A DNA stretch of 64,000 bases. Source: Octopus vulgaris (Eukaryota). Shown in pieces: positions 53,260 to 64,000 of the stretch (its first letter is position 1; each line of letters begins with the position of its first letter). The notes under the pieces are model-generated. The model was given only the letters and a program-made list of their open reading frames with translations. It was not told where the DNA came from and made no database searches. Position numbers and translations under genes: made by a program. The DNA lies in contig OX597819.1 in the NCBI GenBank assembly GCA_951406725.2, forward strand, positions 134,230,001 to 134,294,000, given 5' to 3'.

Positions 53260-53730
53260 TGCTATCACCAACGTTGGTAAGCATTATAATAATGTCAATC
53301 ATATTTTTTCATCATTTGTGTAAGACCCAGTATCCTAAAATCTACCTTCACCATTCCTTCTTGTACCTGAGTTCTCTTCCATTGATACCCAGCAATGATA
53401 ATACACACCACTTTTTCTTCCAACACTTCTCATCCATTTATATCACACGTTTCTGCCTTTTCTGTACACTTTAACAGCTTTTTCTTTAACTCACGGCTTT
53501 TCTCTCAGCTCAATTCTTTTCTGTAGGTTTAAAAAAAGAAAAACAAGTGAATGCATCCACCACATTTGTTCCTGGCTTTCTATCAGCCTCATCTCTGGTC
53601 CTTACTATGTTGCCATTTCGCTCTTTCATGTTTGCATTATTTTCTACGACTAAGACAAGGAATATCGGACTTGATCTCATTCGTTCAGCCTCCATAATTG
53701 AAGGGAACTTAGAAGAAAGCCGTAGGGAAC
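53260..53730 (-). pseudogene. Possible decayed LINE linker/RT remnant
   Basis: MKERNGNIVRTRDEA resembles the (I/V)KD.NG..L LINE linker; heavily disrupted. Confidence 0.25.
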
Positions 53731-54909
53731 AGCTCTCTCTCTCTCTCTCTCTCTCTCTGCCTCTCTCCAATGAATAACTTCCATGACTCCCACAAACTGT
53801 TCGGTTACAGTTAACTATTTTAGTATTAATAAGTCTATACCGTGAAGAGTCCATCAGATACTTTCTCCAGATATACATCATCAAATACAAATATTGTTTA
53901 TGTATGTATAATGTATATATGGAAGTATATATGATGTATACGTATGCGTGTGATGTATGTATATAATATAATGTATGTATCATGTGTATATATATGACGT
54001 ATGTATAATGTAAATATAAATGCATCATATATACATAATACACGCATGAAAGAATGCATTTATGTATATATATGTGAACACTGATTTTAATACACAAAAG
54101 CAAGCAATGAAAAGTTCGGACAACTGTTGTTGTAAAATAGAAAATAGTTTCCTTAAATTATCAGATAAACTAAGAAAACCTCTTTCACCCTCGTGTGGTT
54201 TGTTTTGTTCTTTCTGTATGTTCGGGTGTGTGTGTAATTATGGTTTTGTATATGACAACCTTGTTCAATGTATTGTTCCTCATTTTTAAAGAACGATCAA
54301 AACCTGTAAAATAAGGAATCCTGGAAGAGAAATGAAAAAACAATTTGTGAAATGACTTTGAAATATTTCATAATTTTTAAAGATTTATAAGAAAACCCGA
54401 AGTTTATGAAAGAGTGAAATGGAAAGTAGTTTGATCTGTTTCCTTTGCTGCGGGTTTCCGTCGGACCCCATTTCTATCAGAATATCATAATAATACAAGT
54501 TAAGCTGAAGATGACAAAGAAATGGAGCTAAGATGGAGATCAGCTGTAGCAGAAAAGGAGGTGGTTGCTATAAATTCTATAGAGAGGGGGGGTATGGCTC
54601 CTGAGCAATGTAAGATGGTGTTGAACAATAAAAGCTCCGTTTTCACAAAAATGAAATCAGAAATATTTGACAACTCTTTTAGATTAATTGAAAAGTTTGT
54701 TTATATTGATCTGGCTAAATATAGATACACGAGCCTAATGATCATTACGAATAAATCATAAAGCCTAATGAATATTGAAGTTGGGTTTGATAGATGCAAA
54801 AACAATGTTTTAAAAAAATTAAATCTTAAAAAGTTCACATTGAATTTAGAATCCTTTAAAGATGTTGAATACACAGTAAAGAATCTACTGATAATGGTTT
54901 CAAATCTTG

Positions 54910-55050
54910 ACACACGGCCAACAATTTCGGGGAGGCGGGATAAATCGATTACATCGACCCAGTGTTCAACCGGTCCTCATTTTATCGAAATCCTCCTTTG
55001 AATTCAGAACGTAGCCCGGCTTGCGAACGATTCTTCGAGCTCACCGCCTT
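54910..55050 (-). mobile_element. Degenerate SINE of the 56.2-56.9 kb family
   Basis: Reverse complement contains AAGGCGGTGAGCT...GTTCTGAATTCAAA...GGGTCGATGTAATCGA. Confidence 0.6.
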
Positions 55051-55849
55051 TATAAATTGTTAAATAATGAAAGAGAAAAATATTTTTTTAAATATGAGAG
55101 AATTTTACTTTTTGAAACCGACTAAGATTTTTTTTTTAACCATTATTGAGTCAGGATAAACCGATTTCTCTTTCCAATGAGTTCCGTGTGTTTAAGTCCT
55201 CATTTATATTTCTTATGTTTTTCACAACAATGGATTCCTTCTGCAACACAACTTTTGCTATTCAAGTTTGTTGCAGCTCCTGGCACAAAACATGCTTCAA
55301 ATAAGATAATTATAGCAGTTTTATTGCCTAACTTACCAAACTATTTAAACTCATTTGACGTCTAACAACTTCCCAATTTAAGCAGATAAGTTTTGGTTTT
55401 TCTTAAAGATAACGGACAAAGTCTGGAGACTTTGTCCGTTATCTTTATTCATAATTCTTCAACAGTTATGGAGAAAATATTAATCACGTATTTTGATCTA
55501 AAGACTAATCCAGTCTTAAAATCTGATCTCCACTAAGAAATTAATTCACCCTTATACAATGAGTCTTTGTTTCTTCTCTGCTAAATTAAGATTTTATCAG
55601 CTTTTTGTTGTTTTTTTATGAAGGCTGCCAAATAAGTTTTCAGATTAATTACGCCAAAAATACAAACATCAAAACCAATCTGAAAATATTAAACTGTACG
55701 AAGAATTTCATAGGAAAGAAACATTTTGTTATATTGCATATAAATGTTCAGACATCAGATATAGAGGCCACATTTATTCATGCGGCAAGAAGACCCGTAC
55801 CCTGCAGCAGAAGTGTTAGGCCCGGTCCCTCTGGTAGTATAAAACATGC

Positions 55850-56023
55850 GTGGCGGTGTCACGTAAAAATGCCCGTGCGAAACTACGTGGTTGATGCTGG
55901 AAAGAGCATCCAACCGTAAAAACCGTGCCAAATCAGAGGGGAGTCCTGTGCTTGCCAGCTCTGGTCAAACCGTCCAGCCCATGCCAGCATAGACAACGGA
56001 CTTTAAATAATGATGATGATGAT
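55850..56023 (+). mobile_element. Retroposon 3' end with (TGA)n tail (RTE-type LINE/SINE end)
   Basis: GTCAAACCGTCCAGCCCATGCCAGCAT...GGACTTTAAATAATGATGATGAT; inverted relative at 60216-60476. Confidence 0.65.
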
Positions 56024-56165
56024 ATATTATAAATCATATATTATAAATCCGTTATAGGAGACACTTATTCATTAACATAATATATTATAAACATATTTAT
56101 TAAAAACGTTCAAAAGTCAGCTACATTTATTAAGTCACCTATTCTATTTACTGCATATGAAACTA

Positions 56166-56380
56166 AGGTGACGAACAGACAGAATCGTTAGCACGCCGGG
56201 AAAACTGCTTAGCGGTCTTTCGTCCGTCTTTATGTTCTGAGTTCAAATTCCGCCAAGGTCGACTCTGCCTTTCATCCTTTCGGAGGTCGATAAAATAAGT
56301 ACCAGTTGAGTACTGGGGTCGATGTAACTGACTTGTGCCTTTCCCCGAAATTACCGGTTTTGTGCCAAAATCTGAAACTA
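56166..56380 (+). mobile_element. tRNA-derived SINE (third family)
   Basis: B-box GAGTTCAAATTCC, central GCCTTTCATCCTTTCGG.GGTCGATAAA domain; similar to 56538-56900. Confidence 0.8.
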
Positions 56381-56537
56381 ATGTTGCGTTTGAAATTTCG
56401 AAGTTACTCTGTATTTCATGAAGATCAGAAGCGTCAATTTTAGTGCCATTTTAATGACATTTCAACTATTTTTCATAAGGCTTTAGCTATATTAGAACTT
56501 TTGGCTTTCATTCTTTAAGTATTCTAGTGTGTCAATA

Positions 56538-56900
56538 AGGCGGCGAGCTGGCAGAAACGTTAGCACGTCTGACAAAATGCTTAGCGGTATTTCGTCTGCC
56601 GCTACGTTCAGAGTTCAAATTCCGCCGAGGTCGACTTTGCCTTTCATCCTTTCGGGGTCGATTAAATAAGTAGCAGTTACACACTGGGGTCGATATAATC
56701 GACTTAATCCGTTTATCTGTCCTTGTTTGTCCTCTCTGTGTTTAGCCCCTTGTGGGTAGTAAAGAAATAGGTATTTTGTCTGCCTTTACGTTCTGAGTTC
56801 AAATTCTGCCGTGGTCGACTTTGCTTTTCATCCCTTCGAGGTCGATAAATTAAGTACCAGTTGCGTACTGGGGTCGACCTAATTGACTGGCCCCTCCCCA
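56538..56900 (+). mobile_element. tRNA-derived SINE (third family) with duplicated internal segment
   Basis: GGCGGCGAGCTGGCAGAAACGTTAG head; GAGTTCAAATTC...GGGGTCGA block present twice. Confidence 0.8.
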
Positions 56901-57504
56901 AAATGATGCTACCCTTTTTAATTATAGTGTTACTTTGTAAATTAAAATCAAATAATTTTTAATATTCAAATTTTATCCTTAGCTGCAATATTTGAAGTAA
57001 AACATTTTCTAGTTCTGTACTTTACCAGATCTAATAAGTTGTCCTCAACTTTTCCAACAGTAATAACTTGTCCTGTACTTTTCCAGGTTTATAATCTTAA
57101 GAATATTATTTCTCTTGCTCGTGTTTTCCCATGTAATCCATGTTTTTTCCAGGCTACGCTGTTATGCTAATTAATAATGTGTCAAATGGGTCAATTAGCG
57201 GTGCCGTTGATAATTTTTCCTTACTTCTAAGTCCCCTTATAGAACTATATTCATAAAAAAGTATACAACTATATTATCACCCTCAAATTTGATAAACAAA
57301 CACTCATAACTTTTTTTCTTTTAAAACTTCATTACATGAGATTAATATCATGAAATTCTTCGAATTGAGCTCTATCATTTAAGCTTAATTAAAATATAAT
57401 TTATTGTTGTGTTTGGGGATGGTCATGTTGCCAGTTTAGCCAATGAAAACACATGCACTATATATTTGGTGTTAATTTGCTTCAGCTTTATTTCATATTG
57501 TATT

Positions 57505-57550
57505 TCGGCCAGAGTTCTTTCGTCACACTTGTGACCTCATCAGTGGTCCA
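57505..57550 (-). ncRNA. Minimal type I hammerhead ribozyme in a Penelope-like terminal repeat (about 57410-57720)
   Basis: Minus: GGACCA-CTGATGAG-GTCAC aagt GTGAC-GAAAG aa CTC^TGGCC, with AATAAA shortly downstream. Confidence 0.75.
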
Positions 57551-60215
57551 TTGATTTCTTCTTTCTTATTTGTGCGTCTTTCCTTACTAACGATCAGCCA
57601 TTTTGTATTCCTATTGTCATTATTTGCGCATGCGTATACCCCCATGTGTGTCTGTTTAGTGTGGGGGGGGGTGCCTAAATTATCCGTATCCCCTGGTTAT
57701 ACACGTTAATTTAATTTTTTTTTTATTTTGTTCAATTGTTTATACCTACTTTTTCTTTCTATTCTTTCTGGGCTTTTTTGTACTTGATATAATTTTTTTG
57801 ATGTATAATTCCATTTGTTTAGATGTGTATTGTATTATAACAAACAAACAAATGGAATTAAATAACTATATACATTAAAAAAATTAATTAAATACAAAAA
57901 AGAATAGAAAAAATAAAAACGGATCTTTGGTCAAAGTCAAAAAAAGAAGCCAGATACTGTAGCTGTCTGGAATCAATTGGCCACACACCGCCTCGCCCCA
58001 ACAAGCTACCAATAGAAACTATCTGTTGAGATCAAACTAAGAAGGCAGCTTCTATGGTTGTTCAAACTGCTAGAAATGGAAACCAAATTTCCCTCAAATC
58101 ATATTTCCTTTAAAAAAAGGCACACATTGGACAATATAGTCCAAGATATGTTCAATGGACAACAGGATGACTGGAATTTATCGTAATTGATCTGAAGATA
58201 AAACAATTATTGAAATGGAAAAGTTCAACAAGTTTTATGCTCAGCAACAATTTACCATTTTGTATCTTGGAAGGGTCATTATGCCAATACTAAACACATG
58301 CACTGGTTCGATTTCACTTTATATTTGTCATTTGACTAATTACTTGATTGATTTGCTATTAATCAGTTATGGTTGTCAAAGCCCTTTTGTCGTCATACTT
58401 TCTCTGCTCCAGGTTTAGCTTCTGATCTGTTTCGCCTAGGTTTTATTTTTGTTTTGTTCTCTATTCATGTAGTTATACAGGTGTGAGAAGGAGAGAGAGT
58501 GAGAGTGCAAGTGTGTGAGAAAGAGAGTGCGTTCATGTGACAGTTGAGTAGTGTGCGCAGATGCCCACACGCAGCAAGCTTCCCGTTCTTATGTAAAATA
58601 AAGATGGCAAAAGCTTGTTTCCTTCCGTTTCATGCATGAAGTTATGGACGATGGAGTCGACTCGTTACTCCACATACAATTAGTAACACAGTAGCCTTTA
58701 CTGCATTGCACCAATGTGTCCTTTCAAATGAGTGGTAAAACACTTCCGTGTTGGTATCCATAGTTACTCAGAGGAGGTTGATGAACAAATCAATGTTACA
58801 GAGATATGCGACAGCAAACAAAATAACTGGTCGAAATATTCTTATAATTGAGGTCACGAATGTGGACGTTGTTATATTTTTTGTCAAAAGAAAAAAGTCC
58901 ATTTGTAACGGAATCTAAACTACAAGGAAGAGCGTCCAAGTTGGTCTTGTATATTTACATCGTATCAACGCTGTAGAAAACTTGTGACTAAAGTTAAACA
59001 TTGATGTGAAAGTACATCAAACTTAACGATTCGCCAACTCCTTGATAATTTTGCTTAAAGCAAGGAAGAAAACAAGAAGAATGGATAATTGAAAAAAAAA
59101 AACTTTGCTGTCTTGTACGATGCATCAATGTAACAAGGTGTTATTTTGTCGGTGAAGTATTTAAAAAGTTTGCTTTTTAGACAGGAAATAAAGCTTTTAC
59201 AAAATCGATAATACATACTGCAGATAAAATACTTAGAAAAGATGACCAAAGTGAAATCAGCGTTTATTGGATAGAGATCGAATCGGAAATAAAGTAAGAG
59301 ATTTCCAAGTGAGAATGTTTCCTGCACATCTCAAAATATCGAGTTAGAAAATGAAGAGAAGGATTAGTTCGTGAAATCATGAAGAACCACGAAACTGGAA
59401 TAACAGGAGTTAATATTGACGAGATTACTAGCAGAAAATGGAAAACAAACAAACTTCAGTTGTAATGACAGACTTTGATACGGTTCAATTTTAGTTTGAA
59501 AAGTTATAAAATGTTCCAGCTTTGAATCCCTTTACGATCTAATTAATTCTTCTCTTGTATTCACTGAAATCTTCATAAAAAGGGATTACAGGAAGTGACG
59601 TCAGCAACCGTCTGTTGAAAAAGTTGCTGGACCAGATGAAATCTCTTTGGATGTGCTTCAAAGATTTTTGTATCAATCTTCTAATTGTGAATTTCATAAC
59701 CATCTGCCAGATGAATGGACCGAGTCTATAACAACGGCAATCTTGAAGAAAAGAACCAGCAACCTGCCAGAGAAGAGGTTTGTGTCTCAGTGCAAACACT
59801 CTTTGAGGAATACAAAACTGAAAGAATTCCTTCAATTTCATTTTGAAGATTAGCTTGTGGTCAAGGAGAAACACCATTGATCAAAAACTATAATTAAGCC
59901 TCAACATCTCCTTTAATAACAAACTCAGATCTTGTATCTTCTCTTGTAAAGACTGAACATTGACACAAGCAGAAGAGAGACAAAACATGGACCTCTGTGT
60001 ATTTATCTTTCCAGAAACAAACAATTATAGGATAATTGCGGCAGCTGACAAACTTTCTCGGCTGATAAGTTGAAGCACCAAAAGATTAATGTTGATTGAT
60101 GATGCTTAAGAAGACCAAATACATCATTGATCACTCTTTTGAACCACATAACTCAAGAATGATGAAAGTAGATTTGCCAAGTGCACAGCATCTCTTTCTT
60201 TGCATACCACTCCTT

Positions 60216-60476
60216 TCGTCATTTAACATCCGTTATCTATGCTGGCATGGGTCGGACGATTTGACAGAAGGCTGCACCAGTCTCCAATCTGACCTGGCAA
60301 AGTTTCTACAGCTGGAGGCCCTTCCTAATACCAACCACTCCAAGAGTGTAGTGGGTGCTTTTACGTGCCACTGGCACGAGGGCCAGTCAGGCGGTACTGG
60401 CAATGACCACGCACAAAAGGTATCTTTTTACGTGCTACCTGCACGGGAGCCAGTCCGGCAACGACCACGCTCAAAT
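60216..60476 (-). mobile_element. Retroposon 3' end, same family as 55850-56023
   Basis: Reverse complement GTCAAATCGTCCGACCCATGCCAGCATAGATAACGGATGTTAAATGA. Confidence 0.65.
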
Positions 60477-62086
60477 ATTATTTCCACGCTCGAATAAGAG
60501 AAAATCATCTCTGCTACAAGACATTTCTTAATTGAAATATAAGCACAATCTTAGGTCCATTATTGCACATGCAATCCAGTTTAATTTTTGAAAATCTAGT
60601 TGTTTAACCCAGAATTAACAACTTTTTAGCCAAATGTTATCCGAGTTGGCATTGCAAGAGATACTAAGATGCACAACTCAGAGACTAACAGTTGCTGCTT
60701 TAGTCGGTTAGAGTAACATTTCTAGCTTTGCCAGTGACAAATTCTCTCTTTTGTCGTTGCTTCTAAGTTCTAACAATGCAACAGAAAACTATTTTCTTAG
60801 CATAACTGTTGTAGCAATGCAAAAAAAAAATGCTTAAGTTTTAGTTATCATAACTGTTCTCAACATCCCAGAGTCTAACAACTCAAGTTGATTTATTACC
60901 CCCAAAGTTTAAACAATAATATACAAGAGGCAGTGTCTTAGTTGTCTATCATAATAGAATACTAGAGACGGACACTTTCTGTTCTGGTACCTTATAGGAT
61001 TTCTGCCGAAAACGAACTTTTTAATTGCTTACCATAAAAGTTTTAGCAAATCCAGAGAGAACTGTTTCTGTTTTAGTTCGACCTCCGAGCAGTTCTAGCA
61101 ATGCCAGGGACTGACCGTTTCTGTTTTAATGTCTTACCATAGCAGTTCTGCAAACACCAAGGAGCAACAAACTAACTTTGTTTGATGATGTTTATCTATC
61201 ATCAAAACTATTTCCTACCATGGCTGTCCAAATGATTGAGAATACTGTCTCCAATACACACACATGCATATTCACATTCACTTACCCACCATACACACAA
61301 AAATAAAACTGAGCTCGTTAAGCAGTCTTCTGATGAACAATATTCAATACAAAACATGAAGCCATGAAACTGTTTAATTTATTCAATGATATAACAACAG
61401 AGAAGCACTTGATAGCTGGGAAATAGCATTTCAAAATACAGTTGCAAATATCAGCCAACTCCATCGATGCAAATGGAGATCGGTGCCTGGAACTGATCTC
61501 CATCTGCTACGGTGAAGTTGTTGGTGGTGGGGGGGGTGTAATACTTCATTTCGGTTTTGTTTATAGTCTAAAGAAAATCTTGGCATAACTTCGTTGATTT
61601 TTGTATTTATTAAATTTATAGTCGTTGCTATGGTGAAGTTTGTTGTTAAGGCATGCTGCTACTGTTTTGTTTATATTTAATCTGGACGCTGACGGTCTTC
61701 CTCCCAGGGTTTGTCACTTTTCATGTTATTTCTGAAATTGGTTATTACTGGTATTTATCATTATTATTTGTTTTTGTAGTAGTTGCTGCTGATATTGCTG
61801 GAATGGTTAATATGGTTGGAATAAACTGACATTTATTCCAAACATTTGATTGACTTCTAGTTTTTTCAATTTCCTCTGCTCCAAACTTCGTTTCCTTTCT
61901 TTAATTAAAGTGGATGGGATTCTAGTGCAACATTCCGTATTTCAGCCCCTAATTTAATTCACCAAATTCATTTACTATTTGAATTATTTCTCTCCGCCCA
62001 TTTTTCTTTTTAATTATTGGTCCAAAATTCTTCCTGTTTTTCTTTTTGTAAAAATCTTTATGAACTACTCAGCAGCCTTGGTGAGA

Positions 62087-62123
62087 CTGCTGATGGAATC
62101 TAATTAGACTGAAACATGTCAAA
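62087..62123 (+). ncRNA. Degenerate minimal hammerhead motif
   Basis: CTGATGG-AATCTA at TAGACT-GAAACATGTC; palindromic stem III present, stem I lost, core mutated. Confidence 0.4.
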
Positions 62124-63505
62124 AATTATGACCCTTGCCTACAAATAAGGGTCACCACTCACTAAACATGCAACTTTGGGAGATGAATTGATCTCTTCCA
62201 ATTACCTCCATTGTTTCTTGGATATTCACAACTACTGCTAGGTTTTCGTTTACTTTCTCCTATTAAATTTTGATTAATTACGAATATTTTGTATATAGCT
62301 TTTGCTGTCACCCTTCAACATAATTTATTTCATGTTGACAGTCCTATAATGTGTAAAAAGTGCACTAAAAGTACTTCCATCATTACTTCCATAAACTAAT
62401 TTTTATTCTTTTCCACATTGGATGAAAATATGGACCATTATCTATCACATGATAGCAAAGGGTTTCAAACACAAATTACGGTAAAAAAAAAATTAAAAAT
62501 ATACATTTAAAAGCAACTCCAGTGGTTGATATGATTTCATCAAAAATACTTGAAAGTCTAGCTCATTATTTTGGAGAGAAAGTTTACAATTCATATCCAG
62601 GTCAATCTCTGGCTGTCTCTAATACACCAGCAAATTTTAAGTTCTTTATTTCAAAGATATTTTCAAAAAACTTGCCTATAATAATAAAACACAAAAATAA
62701 ATTTCTTAAATTTTTGATTCTCTTTTTGCATTCTTATTCTTGAAGGACCATTGCCTCATAAAAACTCCCTCTGTCAGTCCTTCCTCTGTCAGTCCTTCCT
62801 CTAAAGCATTCACCTAAGACTAGTTTCATTGAACACTGTTTTTTCTCTTCTATTTTAGGTTTAATGTCTTTACTACTTCTCTCTCTGTCTATCTCACTCT
62901 TTTTACCTCTCTCTCTCCCCCTATACATACCTAGGGTGATATAAATCTGCAACACTTCTCTCTTTACAAACTAGAGAATCATGTACATCTTCCCTTACAG
63001 CAAAGCACCTGTTCTTACCTTTCCATCATACTTTAACCATTCATCACCTGAGCATAAAGCCATCTCCTTCAATATTATAACCTGCAAGGTTGTGGGACTT
63101 GTGAGTTACCTGGAGACCTCACTAATGCCAGGCATTAGGTAGAAAACCAAACCAAAGCAGGCATCAACCAGTGCCATCACAGAAAACAAGTGTTAAATGG
63201 TAATGATTTTTTATACATATATTTTTTCAAATATTAATTAGAAGCCACTCAAGGTATGTAAACAAAGTCAAACACACACCTACACAAGATGTGTGTGTGT
63301 ATTGTTTGTTGGGTGGCTGCATTTTTTAAGTGTAAGGGAAAATAGTCTCAATACCTTTAGTGTAAAACCACCTTTTTGTGACTTGCTTTCACCTGTTTTT
63401 ACACCAACGACATTGAGAATAAATTCTCTTATGACTAAAAAAAAAAAACCACAGCCACCCAACGAATTAACAACACACACATCTCGTGTATATGTGTTCA
63501 GTTTT

Positions 63506-63560
<55 letters not shown>

Positions 63561-64000
63561 ACATTATAGCAATGCAAAAACCCATTTGAGATCTTGCCAC
63601 TGACCAAGCAAGCAGTTTATATTCCACATTGATTACAGCAATATACTTTCTCAACATGGCCATCTGTTGAATGAGGAACTCTTCTGCCAGTGTTCGGAAT
63701 AATTCTCGCTGGTACATAGAACAAAGTAATAAAAATCAGCCTAACTATTAAGAATTACATTGCAGATGAATTCCTAGTGGAAGCGATAAATGTATTATCA
63801 GCCAGGCAGGGGGGGGGGAGACGTTTCTAACTGATAATACAGAAATATCTATAAGCTGCTAGATTTTATTTTTCCTTCTTTTTGCATAATATTGTAATTT
63901 CAACTCCATATACAAATATACATACAGGAGGTGCCCAAAACAAACTGTGTACACACTTTAACAGCTAATAACTCAATTTTCATTTCTTTTTTCAATTTAA

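Noticed and set aside
39516-56700. tRNA genes at A/B-box motifs
   Set aside because: No full cloverleaf; motifs continue into repeated SINE bodies
58600-59900. Possible decayed hAT-like transposase
   Set aside because: Only vague motif resemblance, no termini found; too weak to call without a search
61450-62040. Candidate terminal exon on the minus strand (TTTAG|ACTATAAAC...GVG*)
   Set aside because: Surrounding sequence has internal repeats and multiple stops and looks like a decayed retroelement leader; no recognisable protein

Overview
Eukaryotic, AT-rich, repeat-dominated DNA with no confidently identifiable host gene. The SINE and microsatellite content resembles an octopod cephalopod genome (recognised from memory, not searched). 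Bases 1-35.7 kb are a dense nest of young non-LTR retrotransposons, each embedded in long (TA)n arrays interrupted by CATG/CATA. These are: three copies of a CR1-group family A and one of a diverged A' subfamily; five copies of a second CR1-group family B; an RTE 3' fragment with three C2H2 fingers; orphan LINE tails; and Penelope-type pieces. One B copy (27327-31906, minus) keeps its 5' end. Its ORF1 encodes a Myb/SANT-like (trihelix) domain plus a CCCH finger, a candidate determinant for (TA)n targeting. Several element junctions fall exactly on ACATG motifs. Bases 35.7-64 kb are ordinary intergenic or intronic DNA with decayed Penelope-like elements, minimal hammerhead ribozyme motifs, tRNA-derived SINEs, foldback elements and old transposon remnants. 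Parts of the LINE nest (8.9-11.2 kb, 20.4-21.6 kb) look like assembly consensus artefacts. The long Y/I/H/T/C/V-rich ORFs are translated microsatellites.
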